From positions 1-55,933 of IMG/VR virus record IMGVR_UViG_3300032331_000244: DNA of 55,933 nucleotides. One strand, written 5' to 3'. Under the pieces are notes generated by a model, which saw nothing but the letters and a program-made list of their open reading frames with translations, did not search any database and was not told the DNA's origin. A program made the position numbers and the translations under genes. Of this stretch, positions 28,490-39,849 are shown in pieces; the stretch's first letter is position 1; each line of letters begins with the position of its first letter. Source of the stretch: a virus (lineage: Duplodnaviria; Caudoviricetes).

Positions 28490-31000
28490 ATGGCACAACC
28501 AACTTGGATTACAGCAGCAGGTTCTATAGGGAGTTTTCCTTACGGACGTTCAATGAGATTTGTTTTAAAAGCTACACCAGTACGACCTGCCACTAGCTTA
28601 ACTTATCAAATTTTATCAGGCAGCTTGCCTACAAATTTAGTATTGAATACTACGAATGGTGCGATAACAGGAATTCCCACTTTAGTATCTAACGATACTA
28701 CAACCACATTTACTATTCGTACTACTGACAATTTAAATAACATACGTGATAGAACATTTAGTATCATCGTGACAGGTACTGCTATACCTAGCTTTACTAC
28801 GCCAAGTGGAAAATTACTAACTACAAATGATAGTGTTTGGACTCAAATTCAAATAAATTATTCTAATCCAGATCCTAACAATAGAATAGATGTTGAATTG
28901 CAAAGTGGTTTACTACCACCAGGGCTTGAAGTAAGTACTAGTGGATTGATACAAGGGTATCCAAAACCACCATTATTATTAGAAACATTTAATCAAGTAA
29001 TAACAGTTGGATTAAGCACCAAAGCAAACACAGATTATATATATTGCTTAAACGTGTTGGGAATGACTATTGGAAGACAAGTTGTTTTTGGTGGTAACAC
29101 ATTGGGCGGAATTGAAGAAGGACAGACTTATTTTATAAAAAATATTGATTTTGTTAATAATGCAATATCAATATCTAGTACACAAAATGGTAGTGTATTA
29201 CCATTAACAGACGAGACTGGTTCAATGACTGTTACGTTACCGGAGACTACCCAAGGAACTCCAACTATAAGGACGTATAATTTTGTATTAAGAATACTAA
29301 GTTTATTAGGCACTGCTACTCAATCATATTCAATTACAGTTATAAATCAAAATTTATCTAGAGGAAAAGGCGGCCCGGGTATCAATACTAGAGCACCTAC
29401 CATACTGAATACTCGTCCATTAACAATAGCACCTAATGATAGTGATCCATACTATGGATATTATATATTACCGTCAGTACCTACTACAACTAATGCATCA
29501 ATAGGAACATTTGAAAGTAATAACTATTTTGCGTTTAAATTGATTGGATATGATTTTGACGGAGATGAACTAAAATACATATGTTCAGGATTACCCAATG
29601 GAATAACATTTAACGCTAATACAGGATGGATAACAGGTACAATAACTAGAACTACTCCTGGTATTAATATCTATAAATTTACTGCACAAGTAGTTAAACA
29701 AGATAGCACTGCAATACATTCACCTGTGTTTAATTTTCAATTCAAAATGATGTACGGTGGATTGACTGACACTGTAATATGGACTACCAGTGATGATTTG
29801 GGTACGGTGTATAATTCAACCGCTAGTACTTTAAAAGTTGCAGCAGTAGCTGATGTTGATTTATCATATAGATTAGTATCTGGCGCATTACCACCCAACT
29901 TAACATTGTTATCAAACGGGGAAATTACAGGTGTTGTAGCTAGTCAGCCAACAAAAAAATTCTTGCAAATAGATTCATCTACTGATTTCACGTTTACTAT
30001 TCAAGCATATTCAATCAAATATAATACAATAAGGTCAAATAAAACATTTAAAGTTACTGTATATCAAAAATACAATCAACCAACCGATGTTTTATATATT
30101 GAAGCAGCACCAAGTATCAGTGATAGGCAATTGTTAGAAACATTACTCACTGATGAAAGTTTAATTCCAACTGAATTGTTGTACAGGGCAGACGATGTTT
30201 ATTTTGGTAAAGCATCAAGTGTTATATATGACCATGCATATGGAATATATGCAAGTGACGTACAAGATTATATTGCAGCGGTTACAAAAAATCACTATTG
30301 GAGAAACATAACATTAGGTGAATTAAAGACTGCTATTGCAAGAAATGATGCGGGTGAAATAATATATGAAGTAGTATATAGTTCAATCATAGATAATTTA
30401 GTAAATCCTCAAGGGGTTAGTGTAGAAAATGAAATACTTTGGCCAAGACTTATAGATTTGCAGTTAGGACCGTGGTATACTAGCGTAACCAATATATTTA
30501 CAAGCTACATAGAACTACTGAATCAAAAATTTTATACTAGTTTATCACCGGGTTATGCTAATATACTATACCCTAATAGTCTATACAACATGCGTAATAG
30601 AGTAGCTGAAGTTGTAGGACAGGTCTATGATAGTACACTATTGCCAAAATGGATGACTAGTCAACAAGAAAACGGTAGTACATTGGGTTACACTCAAGCA
30701 TGGGTGATATGCTATACTAAACCAGGATTTGCAAAGACTATTAAAGAAAATATTGAAAATAATTGGGGATATGTCAATCCTCAGGGCAATTTCACTCATT
30801 ATACCTTAAATCAAATTAACTTCAATATAGATAGATTTACTGTAAACAAGACTATAACATACAATTGGGACAATAATTTAAATCCGCCTGCGTGGACCGG
30901 TCTACCTAGTGCTAGCCCAGTGCCATCTCCATTGAATAGTAAAGATTTTTATGTGTTATTTCCAAGAGAAACTATTTTACCGGATAAAACGCAATACTAA
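28490..31000 (+). CDS. Virion structural protein with Ig-like (He_PIG-type) repeats, possibly baseplate-associated
   Basis: Repeated SGSLP..L.L...G.ITG.P motifs (YQILSGSLPTNL, SGLLPPGL, SGLPNGI, SGALPPNL). Confidence 0.7.
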   Translation: MAQPTWITAAGSIGSFPYGRSMRFVLKATPVRPATSLTYQILSGSLPTNLVLNTTNGAITGIPTLVSNDTTTTFTIRTTDNLNNIRDRTFSIIVTGTAIPSFTTPSGKLLTTNDSVWTQIQINYSNPDPNNRIDVELQSGLLPPGLEVSTSGLIQGYPKPPLLLETFNQVITVGLSTKANTDYIYCLNVLGMTIGRQVVFGGNTLGGIEEGQTYFIKNIDFVNNAISISSTQNGSVLPLTDETGSMTVTLPETTQGTPTIRTYNFVLRILSLLGTATQSYSITVINQNLSRGKGGPGINTRAPTILNTRPLTIAPNDSDPYYGYYILPSVPTTTNASIGTFESNNYFAFKLIGYDFDGDELKYICSGLPNGITFNANTGWITGTITRTTPGINIYKFTAQVVKQDSTAIHSPVFNFQFKMMYGGLTDTVIWTTSDDLGTVYNSTASTLKVAAVADVDLSYRLVSGALPPNLTLLSNGEITGVVASQPTKKFLQIDSSTDFTFTIQAYSIKYNTIRSNKTFKVTVYQKYNQPTDVLYIEAAPSISDRQLLETLLTDESLIPTELLYRADDVYFGKASSVIYDHAYGIYASDVQDYIAAVTKNHYWRNITLGELKTAIARNDAGEIIYEVVYSSIIDNLVNPQGVSVENEILWPRLIDLQLGPWYTSVTNIFTSYIELLNQKFYTSLSPGYANILYPNSLYNMRNRVAEVVGQVYDSTLLPKWMTSQQENGSTLGYTQAWVICYTKPGFAKTIKENIENNWGYVNPQGNFTHYTLNQINFNIDRFTVNKTITYNWDNNLNPPAWTGLPSASPVPSPLNSKDFYVLFPRETILPDKTQY

Positions 31001-31003
31001 ATA
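30997..31003 (+). promoter_or_regulatory. Late promoter CTAAATA for the second fibre gene
   Basis: Motif overlaps the upstream stop, about 20 nt before ATG 31023. Confidence 0.55.
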
Positions 31004-31022
31004 TATATAACGGAATAAAAAA

Positions 31023-34000
31023 ATGAGTACAATCAACACAAACCCAATTAATGTAAATTATCCAGTCCCTGGCGTTAACAACAACAGTCAAGGATTTAGA
31101 GATAATTTTGCATCTATTGTAACCAACCTTAATACGGCTGGTGCAGAACTTACTGACTTGCAAAATAAAGTAGTAGTTAAACAAGCATTAATAGGAACTA
31201 CTGTTAATAATGACATGGCTAATACACTTATTAGCAATGCAAGTACTAGAAGTTTTAGGGCTACTACGTATAATTTAGGCGGGGCATTATCAGGAACAGT
31301 ATTAGTTAATACATCATTAGCCGATGTTCACTATGGAACCGTAGCAGAAAACACTCAATTCAATTTTGGTAGTTGGGCACCTGCAGGAACACAAGCTAAC
31401 GTACAATTGAACTTAACAGTATCAAATTCACTGGCAACTATTGCTTTTTCGGGCAACGTTGTAGTAGATAATGCTAATAATAACGGAACAAGCACACTTG
31501 AGAATTTTGTTAATATAGATGGATTAGTTACAGTTACTGTACCTTACGGTGTAACACAACTTAATTACTTAATAACTACAACAGACTGCGGTTCTACACT
31601 ATATGTAAGTCCTATCAATAGACCTAGAGTAGCTACAGCCGTTCAACAACGAACACCTACCCCAACCGGAATGCAAGGAGATGTGGCCGGTGATGTAGCA
31701 GTAGATAATACTTATTTGTATATCTGCTCTGATTCTTTTAATTCGGGTGGAGGAAATACCGTAGTTAAAACTGCAACCGCTACTGTTTCTAGTGGTAATT
31801 TAATAAACGTTGGTTCAACCACTAATCTAGTTGTATCGTCTCCTATCGTATTCACTGGAACAACATTTGGTGGAATAGTTGCAAATACTACTTATTATAT
31901 CAAATCTCTTGATGGCGGCGGAACTAGTATTACAGTATCAGAAATAGGATATGAAGGCGTCCCTGGTTCAGCATTTGCAGTATCTACTGCATCTGGTACA
32001 ATGACTGCTACAAGTTATAACGGAGATATAATTTGGAGACGAATGGGAGTTGATTCTCCTGCTGGCAATATTACTATCGACGGTAATTTAACAGTAACAT
32101 ATGCTGCTAATATTGGTACAACATTAAATGTAGTAGGAAATTCTAATGTAGGTAATTTAGGCACCGGTGGATTAATAGTTGCGACTGGTAATGTAACTGG
32201 TGGAAATTTAGTTACCGGTGGAAGATTAACTGTTACAGGCAATGCTAACACAGGTAACTTAGGTACTACACGAATATTAGCAAGCGGTAATATAACTGCT
32301 ACTCAATTAATATCTAACGTAGCAACTGGAACTGCACCATTGGTAGTAACTAGTACAACTTTAGTACCTAACTTATACGTGGCACGTGCTAATGTAGCAT
32401 CTTATGCAAATATAACTGCATTATCATCAAGCGGAACATATTACCCAGTGTTTGTTAATAGTAGTGGTGCTAGCGGAAATTATGCATTAGGCACAGACAA
32501 TGGATTAGTATTTAATGCAACAACTAATACAGTAACTACTAGTTTTTACACAGGTACACTAACAACAGCAGCACAACCAAATATTACCAGTGTCGGTACA
32601 CTAACATCATTGGGTGTAAATGGTACGGTAACCGCGGTAGCATTTACTGCGAACACCGGTGTATTTACTGGTAACGGTAATGGACTACGTTCAATTGTTG
32701 GTGCTAATGTTACTGGTAATGTAGGTAATGCATTGTATGCATATTCAGTTGCAGTAGCTAACGTAGTTGGCATAGGTAACATTGCTACTGTAAATTTAAC
32801 CGGTAGCACTAGTACTGTATTATACGGTAACGGTGTGTTTGCAACACCAACTACCACAACAAGTATCTCTAATGGTAACAGTAATGTAAGTATTCCAGCA
32901 GCAAATGGAAACGTCAATATATCAGCAGTTGGTAATGCAAACATATTAGTTGTCACTGGAACAGGTGTTAATGTAGCAGGTACATTGAATACAGGTAGTG
33001 GTAACATTACCGGTGGCAACTTAATTGGACCTTTAGCAAATGGTAATAGTAATGTTAATATACCTGCAGCTAACGGAAACGTTAATATTAGTGCTGTGGG
33101 TAATGCTAACATATTAGTTGTAACTGGTACAGGTGCTAACATCACAGGTACTGCTAATATTTCTGGAAATGCTAACGTAGGTAATTTAGGTACAGCACAA
33201 GTATTAGCAACTGCTAATATTACCGCGCCGCAATTAATATCTAATGTTGCAATAGGTACTGCACCATTAGTAGTTACAAGTACAACACAAGTAGCTAATC
33301 TAGCAGTAGCAACAGCAGGAAATGTAGCTGCTACATTGACTTCCACTGGAACTGCATATTTACCATTCATATCAGCTACTACTACAGGTAATTATCCTTT
33401 ACAATCAAATGCTAATTTCTCTGCTAATTTAGCAAATGGATATATTACTGCTACTGGATTTGTTGGAAATGGTGCTGCATTGACTGATGTTAGTGCGACA
33501 GTATCAAATGGAACAAGCAACGTAAGTATTCCATCAATTAATGGTAATGTAAACATAGTTTCTGCTGGTAACACTACATTAGCAGTTACTGGCACAGGTG
33601 CAAATATAACTGGTACAGGTAACTTTAGTGGTAATGTTAATGCTGCTAATTTAATTGGAACTGGTTTATATACTAACGGTACTACAGGAAACGCACAGAT
33701 ATTCTATGATAGTTCAAACAATTCAGTAGGTGCGTTTCAAGGAAATATTGCTAACTACATTCAAACTTACCTATGGAATTCAAACGTCAACGCAAATGCG
33801 TCAGCATCTTTTGCTGTGTATGACACAGTTGGTCCTACTGGAAGTAATTTCGTAGATATTGGTATATTAAGTAACACATGGAGCAATGCTTCTTGGACAA
33901 TAAGTGGTGCATCAGACGCTTACATGTATTCAGGTAATAGTAATTTAGCTATTGGTACTGCTAGCAGTTCTAATATTATATTCTTTACTGGTGGAACATT

Positions 34001-37000
34001 AGCTGCCAATGAAAGAATGCGTATTACTACTACTGGTGCTAACATCACAGGTACAGGTAATTTTTCTGGTAATTTATCTGCTGCTAATTTAATTGGACCA
34101 CATGCAAATGGAAATAGTAATGTTAATATACCGGCAGCAAATGGAAATGTTAATATTAGTGCTGTGGGTAATGCCAACATATTAGTAATCACAGGCACTG
34201 GTGTTAATGTAGCCGGCACTGGTAACTTCACTGGTAATTTGTCAGCAGCAGCACATTATGGCCCATTAGCAAATGGTAATAGTAACGTCAACATACCAGC
34301 AGCAAATGGTAATGTAAACATATCAGCAGTTGGTAACGCTAACATATTAGTAGTTACAGGCACAGGTGTTAATGTAGCTGGTACATTGAACACAGGTAGC
34401 GGAAATATCAATACTACCGGTAACGTTAGTGGTGCATTCTTCATAGGTAACGGTAGTCAATTGACAGGGTTAACAATCAGTGCCGGTACTGCTATTACAA
34501 ATGGTAATAGTAATGTGTCTGTAGTTGCTAACGCAAACGTGAACTTTAGTATAACTGGTACACCAAACGTAGTGTCAGTTACCTCTGGTGGTATTATAAC
34601 TAGTGCTACTAATGCAACTATTACAGCTAATAATCATACTGCATCTGGTGCTGCATCAGGTAATGCTAACGTTTCAACAGTAACTGGTAATTTAGGTATC
34701 AGAGCATTAGCAGCTACATATACAGATAGTGTTGTAGCAGCATCAACTACTGTAGCAAATGCAGCAATACATGCGATTGATAGACCAACATTAACTGCAA
34801 CTAATGCGTCAGTTACTTTTACAAATGCAGCAACTTTCTATATAGCAAATAGTCCTGCAAATTCAGGAACTACATTAATTACTAATCCATATTCGTTATT
34901 TGTAGCAGGCGGTAATAGTTTCTTTGGTGGTAACATAATTGGTGTATTAGCTAATGGTAATAGTAACGTTAACATACCGGCCGCAAATGGTAACGTAAAC
35001 ATATCATCAGCTGGTAATGCTAACGTACTAACAGTTACAGGTACTGGGGCAAACATTACTGGTACTGCTAACGTTTCTGGTTTAATTACAGGTGGTAATA
35101 TATCAACTACTTCTACAGATGGTACTGTTACAGCGAATAATCACACTATTACCGGTGCAGCAAATGGTAATAGTAATGTTTCAACAATCACTGGTAACTT
35201 AGGACTTAGATCACTAGTAACAACATATAATGAAGGTAATGCAACAGCGAGTGAAGTAATAGCAAATGCGGCTATACATGCAATCGCTACACCAACTGTT
35301 ACTGCAACTAATACCAACGTAACAGCAACTAATATGGCAACTTTCTATATTCAAAGTGCGCCAGTGCAAAGTACAAACATGATTATAACTAATCCGTATG
35401 CATTATATGTTGCAGCGGGTAATAGCTTCTTTGGTGGCAACATAATTGGTGTAGTAGCTAACGGTACAAGTAATATTACTATGGCCACTAGTGGAAATGT
35501 CTCAACATTTGTAGGTGGCAATACAACTGCTCAATTAGTTATCACTTCAATTGGTGCAAACATTCCGGGTACAGCTACTATTGGAACTGCTAATATTACT
35601 ACGGTCAACAGTAGTGTAATTCAAAATGGTAACAGTAACGTATCAATAGTTGCTAATGCAAACGTTAACTTTGGTGTCACTGGTACTGCCAACGTTGCAT
35701 CTATAACAGCAGCAGGTATCATAACTACCGCAGCAAATGCCGCAGTAACATCTAATGGTTTTACTGCTTCGGGCGTAGCAACTGGTAATAGTAACGTATC
35801 AACAATTACAGGTAACTTAGGTATTCGTGCATTATTCTCTACTTACACAGATAACTCAGCAATATCTGGTGCGACAATTGCCAACGCAGCAATACATGCA
35901 TTTGCTGCACCTAACTTAGCTGCTGCTAATACATTAGTTACATTTACAAATGCAGCAACAATGTATATTGGTGGTGCTCCTGTAGCTAACACAAATGCTA
36001 CTATTACTAACCCATATGCATTGTTTGTAGCAGGTGGAAATAGCTTCTTTGGTGGTAGTGTTATCGGAACGATAGCGAATGGTACTAGTAACCTACGTAT
36101 GACACTCAATGGAAACGTTACTATAAGTGCAGCCGGTGCTAGTAACGTATTCACAGTTACTGGAACTGGTGCAAACGTCACTGGTACAGCTAACATTTCT
36201 GGTAACGCTAATGTTGGTAACATTGGTGCAGTTAATGCAATCATAACAACCGCAGCAAACATCCCATTGATAAGAAGCGGTACAAGTAATATAACACTTG
36301 CGTCAGGTGGTAACGTATCTACCTTTATTGGTGGTAATGCAACTGCTCAACTGGTTGTTACTTCAATTGGTGCAAATATTCCAGGTACAGCTACTATAGG
36401 AACTGCTAATATCACTACTGTTAACAGTAGCGTAATACAAAATGGTAACAGTAACGTATCTATTACTGCTAACGCAAATATTAACTTTAACGTTACTAGT
36501 ACTAACATTGCGTCAATTACAACAGCAGGTATATTAACCAATTCTGCTAACGCAGCAATTAGTGCTAACAACTTTACTGCAACTGGTGCAGCAACAGGTA
36601 ACTTAAATGTCGGTACAGTTACTGGTAATTTGGGTATTAGGTCAATATCAGCAGTTTATTCAGATCCAACCGCTACTGGTGCAGTAGCATATATAGCAGC
36701 ACATGCTATCGCTACTCCAACATATTCAACAACAAGTTCAGTTACTGCAGGTAATGCTGCAAGTTTCTATATCCAAGCAGCACCTGCAAACGCCGGTGCA
36801 TTGCAACTATCAACTGCTAATTCTTATGCATTGTTTGTTGCAGCAGGTAACAGTTTCTTTGGTGGTAATATTATCGGTGGTCCTTACGCTAATGGTAATA
36901 GTAATGTCAACATTCCAGCAGCAAATGGAAACGTTAACATATCGGCAGTGGGTATCGCTAACGTATTAGTTGTCACCGGTACTGGTGCAAATATAACAGG

Positions 37001-39548
37001 TACTGCTAACATCACTGGTAATGCTAACGTTGGTAACATAGGTGCTACTCAAGGTATATTCAGTACAAGTGCTAACATTCCATTAATCATTAGCGGTACA
37101 AGTAATATTACACTTACATCAGGTGCTAATGTTTCAACATTCATTGGTGGAAATGCAACTGCTCAATTCGTAGTTACAGCAACCGGCGCAAACATTCCGG
37201 GTACCGCAAACATAACTGGCTTAATCACAGGTGGTAATATATCTACTACTGGTGCCAACGGAACTGTTACTGCAAATAATCACACTGTAACTGGTGCCGC
37301 AACTGGTAACATGAACGTTACTACGGTTACAGGTAATTTAGGTTTAAGATCAATATCAACAACATATACTGATAACGTAGTAGCAGCACTTGGTACATTA
37401 CCTATTGCAGCAGCACATGCTATTGCTACGCCAACGTATTCAACAACAGCTGCCGGTATCGTAACAGCAAACAACGCAGCAACATTCTATATACAAGCGG
37501 CACCAATTCCTACAGCAAATTTTGTATTTGGTAGTTCTAATGCTAATGCTTGGTCATTATATGTTGGTGGTGGTAACAGTTTCTTTGGTGGAAATATTGT
37601 CGGTACACTAGCAAACGGTAATAGTAATATTAGTATCGCAGCAGCAAATGCAAACGTTAACATATCAGCAGTTGGTGTTGCTAACGTACTAGTTGTTACT
37701 GGTACTGGCGCTAACATTGCGGGTACTGGTAACTTTACAGGTAATTTAACAGCAGCGGCACATTATGGCCCATTAGCAAACACTACAAGTAACGTTAGCA
37801 TACCGGCAGCAGCAGGAAACGTTAATATATCAGTCGGTGGTACGGCAAACGTACTAGTCTTGACTGCTACCGGTGCTAATATTCCGGGCACTGCTAACGT
37901 GGTTGGTTTAATCACCGGTGGGAATATTTCAACTACTGGTGCAAATGGCACAGTTACTGCAAATAATCATACAATAACTGGCGCAGCAACTGGTAACGTT
38001 AACGTTGGTACAATAGCAGGTAATGTAGGATTAAGGGCAGTATCCGCAACTTATACTGATAATCAAGCAGCAGCAACCGTAGCTAACGCAGCAATACATG
38101 CAATTGCAACTCCAACAATAGTTGGTTCAAATGCAATGATTTATACGAATATGGCAACATTCTATATTCAATCGGATGTAACGGCAAGCGGTGCCAATGC
38201 TACTATAACTAACAACTATGCATTGTTTGTTGCTCAAGGTAACAGTTTCTTTGGTGGCAACATCATTGGTACATTAGCAAATGGTAATAGTAATGTAAGA
38301 ATTGCTACTCCAAATGCAAACGTTGTTATCTCAGCAGTTGGTGTTGCCAACGTACTAGTTGTTACTGGTACTGGCGCTAACATTGCGGGTACTGGTAACT
38401 TTACAGGTAATTTAACAGCAGCAGCATATTATGGTCCATTAGCAAACACTACGAGTAATGTTAACATACCTGCAGCAGCAGGAAACGTTAACATATCAGT
38501 CGGTGGTACGGCTAACGTATTAGTTGTCACCGGTACTGGTGCAAATATAACAGGTACTGCTAACATCACTGGTAATGCAAATGCAGCTAATTTTGGTACT
38601 GGTACTGCTGTTATCACTACTGGTAACATCACTACAATCAATAGTGGTTTAATGCAAAATGGTACTGCTAATATTACTATTACCAGTAATGGTAATATTT
38701 CTATATTTGCTAATGCTAACGCAACTGCTGCATTGGTAATTGCTAATAGTGGTATAAATGTACCTGGGTATTCTAACGTAGTTGGTTCAATCACCGGTGG
38801 TAATATCTCAACGACTGGTGCTAATGGTACTGTACAAGCAAATAACTTTACTGTGACTGGTGCAGCGACTGGTAATATGAACGTTGGAACAGTTACAGGT
38901 AATTTAGGTTTTAGATCAATATCTACTACTTATACAGATAACATAGCAATTTCATCAGGTACAATACCTGTTGCAGCAGCACATGCTATTGCTACTCCTA
39001 CATATGCGGCAACAAACTCTGTAGTAACAGCAACCAACGCAGCAACATTCTATATTCAAGCAGCACCAATTCCTACAGCATCAATGGTATTTGGTAGTGC
39101 TAATGCTAATGCTTGGGCAATGTATGTAGGTGGAGGTAACAGTTACTTTGGTGGTAACGTTCGTGTAACAGCAGGCGGTATTACTTCTAACAACAGTACT
39201 GCAGGTGTTGGATACGCTGCGGGTGCCGGTAGTACAGGTACTCAGGGAACTAACCGTAATACTGCTGTTGCAATGACTGCTCCATGCGTATCTGGTTCAA
39301 TAACATTGTTCAGTACCACAACTCTTGCTAATACATGGAATAACTTTGCTGTATCTAACGTAGTATGTACAACATCAGATATAGTTATATTGAATATGCG
39401 TTCTGGCGGAAGTTTGAACAGTTATACGTTTGATATTGTATCAGTGGGTGCTAACACATTTACTATACAGGTATACAATGCAGTTGCTGTTGTGTCAGGT
39501 GAAGCCCCAGTACTTGGATTTGCAATTATTAAGGGTGCAGTATCATAA
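31023..39548 (+). CDS. Second giant repetitive tail fibre/adhesin-like protein (2841 aa)
   Basis: YPVPGVNNNSQGFRDNF N-terminus; LANGNSNVNIPAANGNVNISAVG repeats; seven copies of a ~110-aa TGNLG(I/L)R...AHAIA.PT...NAATFYI...GNSFFGG module. Confidence 0.85.
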   Translation: MSTINTNPINVNYPVPGVNNNSQGFRDNFASIVTNLNTAGAELTDLQNKVVVKQALIGTTVNNDMANTLISNASTRSFRATTYNLGGALSGTVLVNTSLADVHYGTVAENTQFNFGSWAPAGTQANVQLNLTVSNSLATIAFSGNVVVDNANNNGTSTLENFVNIDGLVTVTVPYGVTQLNYLITTTDCGSTLYVSPINRPRVATAVQQRTPTPTGMQGDVAGDVAVDNTYLYICSDSFNSGGGNTVVKTATATVSSGNLINVGSTTNLVVSSPIVFTGTTFGGIVANTTYYIKSLDGGGTSITVSEIGYEGVPGSAFAVSTASGTMTATSYNGDIIWRRMGVDSPAGNITIDGNLTVTYAANIGTTLNVVGNSNVGNLGTGGLIVATGNVTGGNLVTGGRLTVTGNANTGNLGTTRILASGNITATQLISNVATGTAPLVVTSTTLVPNLYVARANVASYANITALSSSGTYYPVFVNSSGASGNYALGTDNGLVFNATTNTVTTSFYTGTLTTAAQPNITSVGTLTSLGVNGTVTAVAFTANTGVFTGNGNGLRSIVGANVTGNVGNALYAYSVAVANVVGIGNIATVNLTGSTSTVLYGNGVFATPTTTTSISNGNSNVSIPAANGNVNISAVGNANILVVTGTGVNVAGTLNTGSGNITGGNLIGPLANGNSNVNIPAANGNVNISAVGNANILVVTGTGANITGTANISGNANVGNLGTAQVLATANITAPQLISNVAIGTAPLVVTSTTQVANLAVATAGNVAATLTSTGTAYLPFISATTTGNYPLQSNANFSANLANGYITATGFVGNGAALTDVSATVSNGTSNVSIPSINGNVNIVSAGNTTLAVTGTGANITGTGNFSGNVNAANLIGTGLYTNGTTGNAQIFYDSSNNSVGAFQGNIANYIQTYLWNSNVNANASASFAVYDTVGPTGSNFVDIGILSNTWSNASWTISGASDAYMYSGNSNLAIGTASSSNIIFFTGGTLAANERMRITTTGANITGTGNFSGNLSAANLIGPHANGNSNVNIPAANGNVNISAVGNANILVITGTGVNVAGTGNFTGNLSAAAHYGPLANGNSNVNIPAANGNVNISAVGNANILVVTGTGVNVAGTLNTGSGNINTTGNVSGAFFIGNGSQLTGLTISAGTAITNGNSNVSVVANANVNFSITGTPNVVSVTSGGIITSATNATITANNHTASGAASGNANVSTVTGNLGIRALAATYTDSVVAASTTVANAAIHAIDRPTLTATNASVTFTNAATFYIANSPANSGTTLITNPYSLFVAGGNSFFGGNIIGVLANGNSNVNIPAANGNVNISSAGNANVLTVTGTGANITGTANVSGLITGGNISTTSTDGTVTANNHTITGAANGNSNVSTITGNLGLRSLVTTYNEGNATASEVIANAAIHAIATPTVTATNTNVTATNMATFYIQSAPVQSTNMIITNPYALYVAAGNSFFGGNIIGVVANGTSNITMATSGNVSTFVGGNTTAQLVITSIGANIPGTATIGTANITTVNSSVIQNGNSNVSIVANANVNFGVTGTANVASITAAGIITTAANAAVTSNGFTASGVATGNSNVSTITGNLGIRALFSTYTDNSAISGATIANAAIHAFAAPNLAAANTLVTFTNAATMYIGGAPVANTNATITNPYALFVAGGNSFFGGSVIGTIANGTSNLRMTLNGNVTISAAGASNVFTVTGTGANVTGTANISGNANVGNIGAVNAIITTAANIPLIRSGTSNITLASGGNVSTFIGGNATAQLVVTSIGANIPGTATIGTANITTVNSSVIQNGNSNVSITANANINFNVTSTNIASITTAGILTNSANAAISANNFTATGAATGNLNVGTVTGNLGIRSISAVYSDPTATGAVAYIAAHAIATPTYSTTSSVTAGNAASFYIQAAPANAGALQLSTANSYALFVAAGNSFFGGNIIGGPYANGNSNVNIPAANGNVNISAVGIANVLVVTGTGANITGTANITGNANVGNIGATQGIFSTSANIPLIISGTSNITLTSGANVSTFIGGNATAQFVVTATGANIPGTANITGLITGGNISTTGANGTVTANNHTVTGAATGNMNVTTVTGNLGLRSISTTYTDNVVAALGTLPIAAAHAIATPTYSTTAAGIVTANNAATFYIQAAPIPTANFVFGSSNANAWSLYVGGGNSFFGGNIVGTLANGNSNISIAAANANVNISAVGVANVLVVTGTGANIAGTGNFTGNLTAAAHYGPLANTTSNVSIPAAAGNVNISVGGTANVLVLTATGANIPGTANVVGLITGGNISTTGANGTVTANNHTITGAATGNVNVGTIAGNVGLRAVSATYTDNQAAATVANAAIHAIATPTIVGSNAMIYTNMATFYIQSDVTASGANATITNNYALFVAQGNSFFGGNIIGTLANGNSNVRIATPNANVVISAVGVANVLVVTGTGANIAGTGNFTGNLTAAAYYGPLANTTSNVNIPAAAGNVNISVGGTANVLVVTGTGANITGTANITGNANAANFGTGTAVITTGNITTINSGLMQNGTANITITSNGNISIFANANATAALVIANSGINVPGYSNVVGSITGGNISTTGANGTVQANNFTVTGAATGNMNVGTVTGNLGFRSISTTYTDNIAISSGTIPVAAAHAIATPTYAATNSVVTATNAATFYIQAAPIPTASMVFGSANANAWAMYVGGGNSYFGGNVRVTAGGITSNNSTAGVGYAAGAGSTGTQGTNRNTAVAMTAPCVSGSITLFSTTTLANTWNNFAVSNVVCTTSDIVILNMRSGGSLNSYTFDIVSVGANTFTIQVYNAVAVVSGEAPVLGFAIIKGAVS
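37665..38530 (+). repeat. Near-identical ~190 bp duplication, period 666 bp
   Basis: TCAGCAGTTGGTGTTGC.AACGTACTAGTTGTTACTGGTACTGGCGCTAACATTGCGGGTACTGGTAACTTTACAGG at 37665 and 38331. Confidence 0.85.
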
Positions 39549-39585
39549 AATATAATGGTTAGCTAAAACCTAACTAAATATTTGA

Positions 39586-39849
39586 ATGGAACATCCATTC
39601 TTAGACAGAGCAAAGTTGTCTGAAAAGACACTAGAAGAAATTCAAACCGATCTAACCGGTTTAATGAATAAGTTAAACTTTGCCTACAGAATGGGTAATC
39701 GTCCACTAATCAATCAGCTTACTATGGTAATCGAAAGCTATCGCAGAGAAGCTGGCGAGAAACTTGATCAGGTTATGGAAAAACAAAACCTCAAGAATCA
39801 AGTCTACATACAAAAAGAGGGTGAAATTGGCAACAAAAATAGAACGTGA
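39586..39849 (+). CDS. Hypothetical protein
   Basis: ORF with ACTAAATA 5 nt upstream of the ATG. Confidence 0.75.
   Translation: MEHPFLDRAKLSEKTLEEIQTDLTGLMNKLNFAYRMGNRPLINQLTMVIESYRREAGEKLDQVMEKQNLKNQVYIQKEGEIGNKNRT

Noticed and set aside
19073-38794. Many minus-strand ORFs (LPVLALP.../MFAPVPV...) inside the fibre genes
   Set aside because: Shadow ORFs produced by the repetitive codon pattern of the plus-strand genes; no promoters or RBS noticed
18326-39548. Repeat arrays as a possible CRISPR array or diversity-generating retroelement
   Set aside because: Repeats are in-frame coding units with mainly synonymous differences; no constant repeat-spacer period, no reverse transcriptase and no adenine-specific TR/VR pair
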